From an uncultured Pelagibacteraceae bacterium (GTDB lineage: Bacteria > Pseudomonadota > Alphaproteobacteria > Pelagibacterales > Pelagibacteraceae), in the NCBI GenBank assembly GCA_902630925.1, contig CACOWO010000003.1, positions 6,811 to 70,810 of the forward strand: 64,000 nucleotides of DNA, read 5' to 3'. The translations under genes were made by a program, and so were the position numbers. The number at the start of each line of letters is the position of its first letter. The first letter of the stretch is position 1. Positions 52,017-61,567 of this stretch are shown piece by piece. The notes under the pieces were generated by a model. The model made no database searches, had not been told where the DNA came from, and saw only the letters and a program-made list of their open reading frames with translations.

Positions 52017-52849
52017 TATAAAATAAATTTAATTATTCTTTTTCTATATCCTAATTTTCTTAATAAATTTATATTAGCAAATAATCCTGGATATTTTTTA
52101 TTTTCAAATATTAATTTAGTTTTGACGTTATTCTTATCTTTAATAAGCTTAATCAAATTGATTAGGTTAAGTTGCTTACCGCTTCCAACATTTACCACTT
52201 TAGTTATTCTTTTATTTAATATAAAAAATAAAACCTCACAAAGTTGATTTAAATTTATATAATCTCTTGAAGTATTGATTTTCCCAATTTTTAATTTTTT
52301 TTTATTAATTCTTAATCTATTTTTAATATCTTGAATAAAAAAACCCTTTCCGTGTTTGCGGGAATAAAAATTGAAGATCCTTGCAATTCCAATTTTAAAT
52401 TTAATTTTTTTATGATTTTTGAAGATAAAATCTTCAACCTTCTTCTTGGATTTTCCATAAATAGTTGAGGGTTTTCTAGTCGATTTCTCAGATAATGATT
52501 TTAATGAGGGTTTATATACATGTGATGTAGAAGAAAATAAAAAATAATTTAGATTAATTAATTTTGATTTATTTAATATTTTGATTATATCAATTGTTGC
52601 TGATGAGTTTACTTTATAAGTGTTTTTAGGATTTATATTAGCTTTTTCTATAGAAGATATACCTGCTAAGTGAATAAAGTATTGAATATCAGAATTTTTA
52701 CTTAGCCAAGATTTAAAATTTTTTTTATTTTCAATTTTATTTTTGTAAATCCTAAAACTTACTTTGGTTTTATATTTTCTAATTAAATGACTTCCTAAAG
52801 CCCCTCTTGCACCTGTTATTCCAATAATTTTTTTAGATACTCTGTTCAA
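52016..52849 (-). CDS. NAD(P)-dependent nucleotide-sugar reductase/epimerase (extended SDR, RMD-like)
   Basis: TGARGALG, HLAG, SSTSHVY, YGKSK (YxxxK), RIFN, RDYI. Confidence 0.8.
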   Translation of the reverse strand: MNRVSKKIIGITGARGALGSHLIRKYKTKVSFRIYKNKIENKKNFKSWLSKNSDIQYFIHLAGISSIEKANINPKNTYKVNSSATIDIIKILNKSKLINLNYFLFSSTSHVYKPSLKSLSEKSTRKPSTIYGKSKKKVEDFIFKNHKKIKFKIGIARIFNFYSRKHGKGFFIQDIKNRLRINKKKLKIGKINTSRDYINLNQLCEVLFFILNKRITKVVNVGSGKQLNLINLIKLIKDKNNVKTKLIFENKKYPGLFANINLLRKLGYRKRIIKFIL

Positions 52850-54026
52850 AAGTTTTAACTATTTTATTTACAAAAATATTATTAATTTTTTTAGTGGGCA
52901 AACCTATAAAAAAACCACGATCATTCACTATATCTGAATTATAAAATTTTGATCCTTTTAGTAGTTTATATTTTTTTACTGATGGTTGTTTAATAAAGTT
53001 TCCACTTATAATAGGTCTTGTTTCTATACCTCTTTTTTCTAAATTTTTAATAATCTTTTTTCGATTATTTTTATTTTTAATATAAATAGGTATACCAAAC
53101 CACGAGGGCTTAACGTTTTCATTGGCCTCTATAAAATAGAAATTGTCGTTAATAATCTTACTTTTTTTTAGAGAGTTGACAATAAAATTTCTGTTTTTAT
53201 TTCTTAGAGATATAAAACTTTTCATATCATTAAATTGGCTTAAGCCAATAGAAGCTGAAATATCGGTTGGTCTTAAATTAAAACCAGAATTAAAAAAAAT
53301 GAATCTTGAGTCTAGATGTTTATTTTTATTAGAAATTCTTTTTTCATTTTTTAATCCTCTTGACCAACCATGGGCTCTAAGAGCTTTGAGAATTTCATAA
53401 TCCTCAAGATTTCTACAGGTTATCATACCACCTTCACCTGAGGAAATTTGATGTGATGAATAAAAAGAAAAAGATGAAAATTCACCAAATGTACCTAGAA
53501 ATTTATTTTTATATCTTGAGCCAAGTGACTCACAAGTATCTTCAATTAAAATAATATTCTTTTTTTTTATTATTTTCATTAATTGATCCATATTCGTTGA
53601 ATTTCCTAAAACATGGACTAACATTAAAGCTTTCGTTTTTTTATTAATTTTTTTAATTAGGTCTTTGATATCAATATTTAATGTAACAGGATCAATATCG
53701 ACAAAAACAGGCTTTAACCCTGATTGAATTATAGGCCATAAAGATGTCGACCAACAAACAGTTGGTATAAGAACTGAGTCTCCCTTTTTTAACCTTTTTT
53801 TTCTATATGGATTTATCAGACATTGCATAGCTAAGAGATTTGCGGAAGATCCTGAATTTACCATTAAAGAAAATTTTGTCTTAATTGTCTTGGTAAATTT
53901 ATTTTCAAATTTTTTAGTATGTTTGCCTATAGTAAGCTTACCTGTTTTTATTACTTCTATAGCTCTACTAAGATCTTTTTTTCTGTAGGGATCTTCAAGA
54001 AGAGGATAAAAAAAGCTTTTTGGCAT
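52833..54026 (-). CDS. PLP-dependent GDP-4-keto-6-deoxymannose 3-dehydratase (ColD-like, DegT family)
   Basis: NSGSSANLL, EDTCESLG, SFYSSHQISSGEGG (His at the usual Lys position), LRAHGWSR, GFNLRP, ETRPIISGN. Confidence 0.78.
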   Translation of the reverse strand: MPKSFFYPLLEDPYRKKDLSRAIEVIKTGKLTIGKHTKKFENKFTKTIKTKFSLMVNSGSSANLLAMQCLINPYRKKRLKKGDSVLIPTVCWSTSLWPIIQSGLKPVFVDIDPVTLNIDIKDLIKKINKKTKALMLVHVLGNSTNMDQLMKIIKKKNIILIEDTCESLGSRYKNKFLGTFGEFSSFSFYSSHQISSGEGGMITCRNLEDYEILKALRAHGWSRGLKNEKRISNKNKHLDSRFIFFNSGFNLRPTDISASIGLSQFNDMKSFISLRNKNRNFIVNSLKKSKIINDNFYFIEANENVKPSWFGIPIYIKNKNNRKKIIKNLEKRGIETRPIISGNFIKQPSVKKYKLLKGSKFYNSDIVNDRGFFIGLPTKKINNIFVNKIVKTFEQSI

Positions 54027-55075
54027 TAACTATTCTCTAATTCGGAAGAAATCATATCCTCAATTAAATCGTCAGTATTATAGATAGGTTTCCATTTAAG
54101 TAATTTTTTGGCTTTAGAGAAATCTCCTTTTAAGAAATCCACCTCAGAAGGTCTAAAGTACTTTTTATCGATTTCAACTATTACATTTTTACTCTCTTGA
54201 TCAATACCTTTTTCTCTCTCACCTTTACCCGTCCATTTAAGTTTAATATCAAGCTTTTTTGCTACTTTATTTACAAATGTTTTTACAGTGGTTTCTTTAT
54301 TTGTCGCAATAACCCAATCATCAGGTTTTTTATACTGCAAAATTTTCCACATTGATATTGCGTAGTCTTTCGCATGGCCCCAATCTCTAATTGCGTACAA
54401 ATTCCCTAAAGTTAATTTTTTTTGATATCCTTTTTTAATACGAACTAAACCTTGGACAATTTTTTTAGTTACAAAGGTGGGTCCTCGTCTAGGCGACTCG
54501 TGATTAAATAAAATACCATTAGAAGCAAAAATTCCATATGCCTCTCTGTAATGAACTGCTGCATGAAAAGCAAAAACTTTTGAAACACCATAAACCGATC
54601 TAGGATGAAAAGGGGTTAATTCATTTAGAGAATTTCTTTTTTTTACTAATCCATACATCTCAGAACTTGAGGCTTGATAGTATTTTGTTTTTTTTAATTT
54701 TAATATTCTGATAGCTTCTAGTATCCTAAGAGCTCCTAATGCTGTAATATCTGCTGTGTATTCAGGCACATCAAAAGAAACCCTTACATGACTTTGTGCT
54801 GCAAGATTATATATTTCGTCTGGTTTTACTTTATTAATAATACTTAATGTACTCGTACCATCAGATATATCTCCGTAATGTATAAAAAAATTTTTACTAG
54901 TAAAGTTTAAACTATCAAACAAATGATCTATTCTTTCTGTATTTGCACTCGATGATCTTCTCTTTACCCCGTGAATAATATAATTTTTTTTCAAAAGAAG
55001 TTCAGCTAGGTAAGAGCCATCTTGACCAGTAATACCAAAAATAATTGCTGTTTTTCTTTTTCTTAATTTTCCCAT
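54026..55075 (-). CDS. gmd: GDP-mannose 4,6-dehydratase
   Basis: GITGQDGSYLA, YNLAAQSHV, YQASSSEMYG, LFNHESPRRG, RDWGHAKDY. Confidence 0.96.
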   Translation of the reverse strand: MGKLRKRKTAIIFGITGQDGSYLAELLLKKNYIIHGVKRRSSSANTERIDHLFDSLNFTSKNFFIHYGDISDGTSTLSIINKVKPDEIYNLAAQSHVRVSFDVPEYTADITALGALRILEAIRILKLKKTKYYQASSSEMYGLVKKRNSLNELTPFHPRSVYGVSKVFAFHAAVHYREAYGIFASNGILFNHESPRRGPTFVTKKIVQGLVRIKKGYQKKLTLGNLYAIRDWGHAKDYAISMWKILQYKKPDDWVIATNKETTVKTFVNKVAKKLDIKLKWTGKGEREKGIDQESKNVIVEIDKKYFRPSEVDFLKGDFSKAKKLLKWKPIYNTDDLIEDMISSELENS

Positions 55076-57192
55076 AAATATTTCTTTTTTGATTTTATTT
55101 CTAATGTTTTATCTATTATGTATTCTGATACAAGATCAGAATTAAAATATTTCATATATTTTATTTTTCCATTTCTTGCAATTTTTTTTCTTAATCGTTC
55201 ATCTGAGGATACTTTTATAACCTTTTCAGAGAGATCATTCACATTTTTATAAAAAACCATCTCATTATCATTAAAAAAATTTTTATACTTTGTTTTTTCA
55301 TCGATTAAACATACAAGCCCATTACCTACAATTTGTGTTATTCTATCACTGCTATAATATTTAATTGCATCCCCTCTGCTCAAGTTTAATCCCATTTTTG
55401 CATTTGAGATTGTTTTAAAGTAGTGATCCGCCCAAATAGGTTGAATCTTATCAATACCATAGATATCAAATTTAATATTAGGAGTATTTTTTCTTAGATT
55501 GTTTAAGAAAAGTATTCTATCGTCTGTTTTACCAGATTTTAACACTCCTCTATGAACCCCATGACTTAACGCAAAAAATACATCAACATTACAAGATTTA
55601 TTAAAATTATTAAGTGTTTCAAAAGATCTATCACTAGGGTTAGGTATATAAAAACTATTATCACTTTTTAAAAAGTTTAATACGTCCGGACTAGTCGTAA
55701 GAAAAGTTGAGTCTACAACTTTTATTTTATCTAATATTCTATCTTTATTTCTCTCAAAATCAGGTCCATTTTTATTTAACGGATCTAAAAACCATTGGCA
55801 AAATTTTGTGTTCGGATAATCTTGTCTCAACTCCGCTATTTGATCTTTTGAAATAAGATCAGCGTGACCTAATACAATTAGATCAGGTTTATAATTATAA
55901 CAAGTTTTTTTAAGTTTATCATTCAGAGTTTTTGCACCTTTAAAATCTCTTATCGATTTGTAATATTTTTGGATATCTCGATCACTAAATCCAAGTACAC
56001 TATGACCTTGTCTTATAAATCCGTTATTAATTCTTCTGCCAGTATTAAAAAAAAGTCTTCCATCCAATCTTTCATTAAAATTTGTTATATGCAAAATACG
56101 TAGCGATTTTTTTTCTTTTTTATTAAAAAAAAATTTATTTAATTTTAATTTTTCATCTCTATAGTTATCTATCATATTTGTAACAAATTCATGTGTAAGG
56201 TAAAAATTTTCTATTGACTGCTTTTGTAATTTTTTTCTTATATTCTCTTTTTTAATTAAAAAATTAATTTCTCTTGTTAAGGATTTGACTGATAGATTAG
56301 ATAAAATTCTTGCATTGGTAATTGTTTCAGGCAATCCTCCTTTATTTGTAATTATTACAGCACAACCATTAGCAGATGCCTCCAAACTTGTTCTGCCAAA
56401 AGGCTCTTCCCACCTTGAGCAAGCTACAGCTATACTTGAATCTTTAAAAACTTTCAGTACTTGTTCATGATTTAAGAAACCAAGGAGATCTGCATTTTTG
56501 TGGTTAAGATTAATTTTTTCTCTTTTTTCATCTCCTATAATTTTTGCTTTCCATTTTGGATATTTTTTTAAAATCTTTTGAATTGATTTAACAAATATAT
56601 CATATCCTTTTGCTCTGTTTAACTTCCCAACAAATGTAATCCAATTTTTTTTTTTGATGATATTTGAAATTTTTCCCTTTTTAGCTGATTGAAAAAAAAC
56701 AGCTAACTTATTGCTATTAACAAATTTATTTTCCAGTCCTTCTAGAAATCTTTTTTTTGACCAATTACTATTAAAAATTATTTTATAACAGATCTTTAAT
56801 AATTTTTTCCTTTCTTCGATTGTTTTTGAGCCATCCATAGATAATGGATCATTATGAAAATATAACGAGTAAATACTATTAGGAGATTTACTACTTAATT
56901 GTTTAATATAACTAGGCCTATTATGTACTTCAATAATTGTAAATTTATATTTATTTTGCAAATTAATAAATTTATTTACATAATTTTTAGTTTGACTACT
57001 TAGTAATTGTTTAGTTAAGTTTATATTTTCGTATCTTATATTAAATTTTTTTTTAAAATTCGTATTACCAAAAACAATTATATCTTTTTTATATTTACTT
57101 TTTCTTGTAGTTTCGTATACAAATAATGATACTGCCCCCGGATATTCTGGAGAAAAATTTTCTTTGTATGGTAATAAAATTCCTATTTTCAC
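55063..57192 (-). CDS. Two-domain glycosyltransferase (GT4-like plus a second GT-B domain)
   Basis: N-half FVGKL..AKG, WEEPFGRTSLEA; C-half YSSDRITQIVGNGL; 709 aa. Confidence 0.82.
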   Translation of the reverse strand: MKIGILLPYKENFSPEYPGAVSLFVYETTRKSKYKKDIIVFGNTNFKKKFNIRYENINLTKQLLSSQTKNYVNKFINLQNKYKFTIIEVHNRPSYIKQLSSKSPNSIYSLYFHNDPLSMDGSKTIEERKKLLKICYKIIFNSNWSKKRFLEGLENKFVNSNKLAVFFQSAKKGKISNIIKKKNWITFVGKLNRAKGYDIFVKSIQKILKKYPKWKAKIIGDEKREKINLNHKNADLLGFLNHEQVLKVFKDSSIAVACSRWEEPFGRTSLEASANGCAVIITNKGGLPETITNARILSNLSVKSLTREINFLIKKENIRKKLQKQSIENFYLTHEFVTNMIDNYRDEKLKLNKFFFNKKEKKSLRILHITNFNERLDGRLFFNTGRRINNGFIRQGHSVLGFSDRDIQKYYKSIRDFKGAKTLNDKLKKTCYNYKPDLIVLGHADLISKDQIAELRQDYPNTKFCQWFLDPLNKNGPDFERNKDRILDKIKVVDSTFLTTSPDVLNFLKSDNSFYIPNPSDRSFETLNNFNKSCNVDVFFALSHGVHRGVLKSGKTDDRILFLNNLRKNTPNIKFDIYGIDKIQPIWADHYFKTISNAKMGLNLSRGDAIKYYSSDRITQIVGNGLVCLIDEKTKYKNFFNDNEMVFYKNVNDLSEKVIKVSSDERLRKKIARNGKIKYMKYFNSDLVSEYIIDKTLEIKSKKKYLWEN

Positions 57193-57437
57193 AAATATTT
57201 CTTTTTTATATCATTTCTTAATGATCGGTTATTCTTTATATAATATTCTCTAGAAATTGCCTCTTTTTTTGATTTTAATTTTTCTTTATAAATTAATACC
57301 CATTTTCTACCCCTAGTAAACTTTGCTCCTTTACCCGAGTTATGAAGATTAATTCTTTTTTTTAAGTTATTTGTATAACCAACATAAGTAACTGATCTTA
57401 TGCCCTTGGATTTGAGCATATATACATAGTAAATCAA
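57189..57437 (-). CDS. GIY-YIG nuclease family protein (UPF0213-like)
   Basis: YVYML, YVGYTNNL..R...HNSGKGAKFTRGR, AISRE. Confidence 0.9.
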   Translation of the reverse strand: MIYYVYMLKSKGIRSVTYVGYTNNLKKRINLHNSGKGAKFTRGRKWVLIYKEKLKSKKEAISREYYIKNNRSLRNDIKKKYL

Positions 57438-58226
57438 TTAATATCCTTTAGACTTGGATGCTTTAATGCCTTTTAATTTTTCAATATCAGATTTTGCACC
57501 TGATGTAATATATCTACTATCAGATCCCACCGTTACCAAGTTAAAACCTTTTTCTATCATTTTTTGTGCATATTCTGCTGATCCATTGTGTAAACCTGCT
57601 AATAAATTTCTTTTTTTTGCAGACTCAAGAATTCTCAAAATTTCTTGATAGGCTTTTGAATTTTCAGGTTTATCAAAACCCGGTTCTTCACCCAAAGCTA
57701 AACTTAAATCTGCAGGACCTATATAAATTCCATCTAAATTTGGTGTATCTAATATTTCATCAAGTTTCTCTAATGCCTCTTTAGTTTCAATCATAGCCAA
57801 TTTTAATATTTCTTTATCAGCATTTTTTGCATAGTCGTTTCCACCGTATATTGATGCTCTTATGGGTCCAAAACTTCTGTAGCCTTTCGGGGGATATAAA
57901 CATGCCTGTACAAATTTTTCTGCCTCTTTTCTATTACTTACCATTGGACAGATAACTCCGTAACATCCAGCGTCTAAAATTTTCATTATTTGTCCTGGTT
58001 CATTCCAATTGACTCTAGCCATAGGGGTTGTTTCTGTAGTTGAAATGGCTTGTAACATATTCACTGCATTAGGATAATCTATTAGGCCATGTTGCATATC
58101 AATCGTGAGTGAGTCCCACCCTTGATTAGCCATCACTTCAGCTGAAAATGAACTTGGAACTGCCAACCAACTGTTTATAATTGGCTTACCTGCTTTGAAA
58201 AGTTCTTTAATTTTATTTTTTCTCAT
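57438..58226 (-). CDS. HpcH/HpaI-family class II aldolase
   Basis: IDMQHG, ARV, LDAG, YPPKGYRS, MIET, YIGPADL. Confidence 0.9.
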   Translation of the reverse strand: MRKNKIKELFKAGKPIINSWLAVPSSFSAEVMANQGWDSLTIDMQHGLIDYPNAVNMLQAISTTETTPMARVNWNEPGQIMKILDAGCYGVICPMVSNRKEAEKFVQACLYPPKGYRSFGPIRASIYGGNDYAKNADKEILKLAMIETKEALEKLDEILDTPNLDGIYIGPADLSLALGEEPGFDKPENSKAYQEILRILESAKKRNLLAGLHNGSAEYAQKMIEKGFNLVTVGSDSRYITSGAKSDIEKLKGIKASKSKGY

Positions 58227-59668
58227 TCGTATGAGATTCCGAAATGAGTATATTTTATATTTAAATAATCTTTTATTGCCATTGAACCACCTTCTCTTCC
58301 ATACCCAGTTTGTTTTATTCCACCAAAAGGTGCTTCTGCTACAGCTACAACAGGAGTATTAACTGCAACACAACCAGATTCTAGTTGTTCAGATGCTTTA
58401 TTTGCTTTTTTTAAATCAGTTGTATAAACATAACTGCATAAACCTAGATCATTGTTATTTGCTCTGTCCATTACTTCATCAAAATCTTTGAAAGTTAAAA
58501 TAGGTACTATTGGGCCGAATGGCTCTTCCTTCATAACAGTAAAATTATCTTTTATATTATCGAATATTGTTGGCTCGTAGAAATATCCTTTATTAAAGTT
58601 GGCTGCCCTTTTGCCTCCAAGCAAAACTTTACCACCTTCTTTTTTTGTAGTTTCTACTAATTTTTCAACACCTTCTAATCGTTGTTTAGTACATAGCGGT
58701 CCAAGTAATGTATCTTTATCCATACCGTTTCCAATTTTAAGTTTTTTTGTTTTTTCTACCATCAAATTTGCAAATTCATCTTTTTTCTTTTCGTGTATAT
58801 AAAATCTATTTGGTGAAATACATACTTGCCCGTTATTTCTAAATTTTGAAGTTATTGCCATATCAGTAACTTTATTTAAATCAACGTCATCAAAAACTAT
58901 AAAAGGTGAATGACCACTTAACTCCATAGTTACTCTTTGAACTTTGTCTGCAGCTTGTTTTAAAATTAATTTACCAACTCTTGTTGATCCAGTTATTGAA
59001 ATTTTTTTAATTATATCTGACTTTATCAATTCTTCAGAAATGCCCGCTGGATCACCTGATAATAAATTAACTACCCCTGGAGGAACACCTGCCTCTCTAC
59101 AAATATCAATTATTTCCATCACACTGCCTGGTGTTATTACATCTGGTTTAACTATTACTGAACATCCTGCTGCTAAAGCTGTTGAAATCTTTCTTGAAGC
59201 AAGAATAACTGGAAAATTCCATGGGACTAAGGCCGCAACAACACCAACTGGTTGATACATAACGTGAATTTGAGTATTTGGAAACCTACTTTGATTTATC
59301 TCTCCAAAAATTCTTTTAGTTTCCTCGGAATTCCACTCAAATATATCAGCCGCACCACCTATTTCCCCTGGGCCCTCTGTTAATGGTTTTCCTACTTCAA
59401 GTGTTAACCATTTTGAGAGAATATCAACTCTCTTTCTGATTAAATCAGATATCTTTCTTATAATTTTAGATCTTTCCCAAGGTGATGTATTTCTCCAAAT
59501 TTGTAAACCTTTTTCAGCTGATTTAAGAGCTTTTTGAACGTCTGAACTATTTGCTTTTGAGGCCTTCCCTATTACTTCTTCAGTTGCAGGATTAATTACA
59601 TCGTAAGTTTCTCCACTAGCAGACTTTTGCCACTTACCATCAATGAACTGTCCGAATTTATCGTACAT
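58223..59668 (-). CDS. NAD-dependent aldehyde dehydrogenase (succinate-semialdehyde dehydrogenase-like)
   Basis: PWNFP, TGSTRVG, MELSG, GQVC, EEPFGP, PFGGIKQTGYGREG. Confidence 0.9.
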   Translation of the reverse strand: MYDKFGQFIDGKWQKSASGETYDVINPATEEVIGKASKANSSDVQKALKSAEKGLQIWRNTSPWERSKIIRKISDLIRKRVDILSKWLTLEVGKPLTEGPGEIGGAADIFEWNSEETKRIFGEINQSRFPNTQIHVMYQPVGVVAALVPWNFPVILASRKISTALAAGCSVIVKPDVITPGSVMEIIDICREAGVPPGVVNLLSGDPAGISEELIKSDIIKKISITGSTRVGKLILKQAADKVQRVTMELSGHSPFIVFDDVDLNKVTDMAITSKFRNNGQVCISPNRFYIHEKKKDEFANLMVEKTKKLKIGNGMDKDTLLGPLCTKQRLEGVEKLVETTKKEGGKVLLGGKRAANFNKGYFYEPTIFDNIKDNFTVMKEEPFGPIVPILTFKDFDEVMDRANNNDLGLCSYVYTTDLKKANKASEQLESGCVAVNTPVVAVAEAPFGGIKQTGYGREGGSMAIKDYLNIKYTHFGISYE

Positions 59669-59677
59669 ATATTATTG

Positions 59678-59706
59678 TTGAATAAAGAATATTAATTAAA
59701 TAGTTT
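59678..59706 (+). promoter_or_regulatory. Putative sigma70 promoter of iolD in a 49-bp divergent spacer
   Basis: TTGAAT, 17 bp, TAGTTT, 11 bp upstream of the ATG; AT-rich background lowers certainty. Confidence 0.4.
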
Positions 59707-59717
59707 ATATTGAATTT

Positions 59718-61562
59718 ATGAAAAACATTCAACTTACTTGTGCTCACGCTTTAGTTAAATTCTTGATTGCTCAGAAAACTCTTATAGACGGAAAAAAAGA
59801 GCCTTTATTTCCAGGTGTGTTTGGAATTTTTGGTCATGGCAATGTTGCTTGTTTAGGTCAGGCGCTTCAAGAAAACCAAAAAAAGCTTCCTACTTGGCGA
59901 GGACATCACGAGCAGAACATGGCTCTAACAGGAATTGCTTACTCAAGAGCTAAAAGAAGAAAGCAGATTTTTGTTGCAACTTCTTCAGTTGGACCCGGAT
60001 CAACAAACATGATTACAGCAGCTGCTGTAGCAATGAGTAATAGACTACCAATACTTTTTTTACCTGGTGATACTTTTGCTAACAGAATGCCAGACCCAGT
60101 ATTACAACAAGTTGAACACTTTAATAATCCTGGAGTAACACAGAATGATGGATTTAAACCTGTTGTAAGATATTTTGATAAAATTACAAGACCGGAACAA
60201 ATTATTTCAAGTCTACAACAAGCAATTCAAATTATGTTAGATCCAGCAGATTGTGGTCCAGCATGCATTTCATTAAGTCAAGATGTTCAAGGTGAAGTTT
60301 ACGATTATCCAGAAGAATTCTTTAATGAAAGAGTTCATACGATTAGAAGACCTAGACCAGACGATTTTCAAATCAAAGAGGCAGCTGAACTTATTAAAAA
60401 ATCAAAGAAACCAATTATCATAGCTGGTGGAGGGATATTTTATTCAGATGCAACAGATGAATTAAGCGATTTTGCAAAAAAACATAATATTCCTGTAACA
60501 CAAACCGTAATGGGTTATTCATCTATAAAAAAAGATCATACTCATTATTTAGGAACTATTGGCGGTTTAGGCGGAAGAGCTGCAAACAATTTAAGTAAAG
60601 AAACTGACACAGCAATAGCTATTGGAACAAAACTTGCAGATTTTACAACTGGTTCTTGGGCTAATTTTGAAAATCCAAATTTTAAATTAGTTTCCATTAA
60701 TGCAGCTAGATTTGATGCAAATAAACACATGGCTCAAGCTGTAGTTGGAGATGCTAAAGTATCTTTGATAGAACTTTCACAAGCATTAGGAAGTTGGAAA
60801 GCAGATGATAGCTGGCACAAAAAATCAAGAATAGAACTAAAAAAATGGGAAGCTTATGTTGAAAAAGAAAGTGGACCAACTAACCAAAAACTTCCAAGTT
60901 ATGCTCAAGTTATTGGAGCATGCTATAGAAATTCAGATCCATCTGATATAGCTGTAACTGCTGCAGGTGGATTAGTTGGGGAAGTAATACAAGTATGGAA
61001 ACCTAGAGAACTAAATACTCATGAGACAGAATGGGGTTTTAGTTGTATGAGTTATGAAATTTCTGGAGCACTTGGTATTAAAATGGCAAATCCAGAAAAA
61101 GAAGTAGTCTCATTTGTAGGAGATGGGTCGTATCTACTTTATAATTCTGACATATATAGCTCTGTAATTACAAACAACAAATTAATTCTAATAGTCTGTG
61201 ACAATGGTGGTCACGCTGTAATTAATAGATTACAATTATATAAAGGTGGTAAAGAATTTAATTGTTTACTTAAGAGTTCAAACGCTCCTAATTTGGTACC
61301 TGTAGATTTCGCAGGTCATGCTAAGAGTATGGGAGCAGATGGTGAACATGTTAATTCAATTGCTGAATTAGAGCAGGCATTTAAAAGAGCAAAAAAATCC
61401 AAAAAAACTTATGTGATTTCAATTCATACAGATGGTTACCAATGGTTAGAAGGTTCAGCTTACTGGGAAAGCCCTACTCTCGGCATACCTACAACCGAAG
61501 AAAATAAAAAATCTCTTAAAGAACATCTTGAAGGCAAGAAAAAACAAAGAAAAGGTGTTTAA
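59718..61562 (+). CDS. iolD: 3D-(3,5/4)-trihydroxycyclohexane-1,2-dione acylhydrolase (ThDP-dependent)
   Basis: IFGHGNV, HEQNMA, LLPGD-like PGDTFA, PDPVLQQVE, GFSCMSYE, GDGSYL...N (ThDP motif), INRLQ. Confidence 0.88.
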   Translation: MKNIQLTCAHALVKFLIAQKTLIDGKKEPLFPGVFGIFGHGNVACLGQALQENQKKLPTWRGHHEQNMALTGIAYSRAKRRKQIFVATSSVGPGSTNMITAAAVAMSNRLPILFLPGDTFANRMPDPVLQQVEHFNNPGVTQNDGFKPVVRYFDKITRPEQIISSLQQAIQIMLDPADCGPACISLSQDVQGEVYDYPEEFFNERVHTIRRPRPDDFQIKEAAELIKKSKKPIIIAGGGIFYSDATDELSDFAKKHNIPVTQTVMGYSSIKKDHTHYLGTIGGLGGRAANNLSKETDTAIAIGTKLADFTTGSWANFENPNFKLVSINAARFDANKHMAQAVVGDAKVSLIELSQALGSWKADDSWHKKSRIELKKWEAYVEKESGPTNQKLPSYAQVIGACYRNSDPSDIAVTAAGGLVGEVIQVWKPRELNTHETEWGFSCMSYEISGALGIKMANPEKEVVSFVGDGSYLLYNSDIYSSVITNNKLILIVCDNGGHAVINRLQLYKGGKEFNCLLKSSNAPNLVPVDFAGHAKSMGADGEHVNSIAELEQAFKRAKKSKKTYVISIHTDGYQWLEGSAYWESPTLGIPTTEENKKSLKEHLEGKKKQRKGV

Positions 61563-61567
61563 AATTA

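Noticed and set aside
57189-57437. GIY-YIG gene as a homing endonuclease or mobile element
   Set aside because: Stand-alone 82-aa UPF0213-type protein with no intron, intein or DNA-binding extension.
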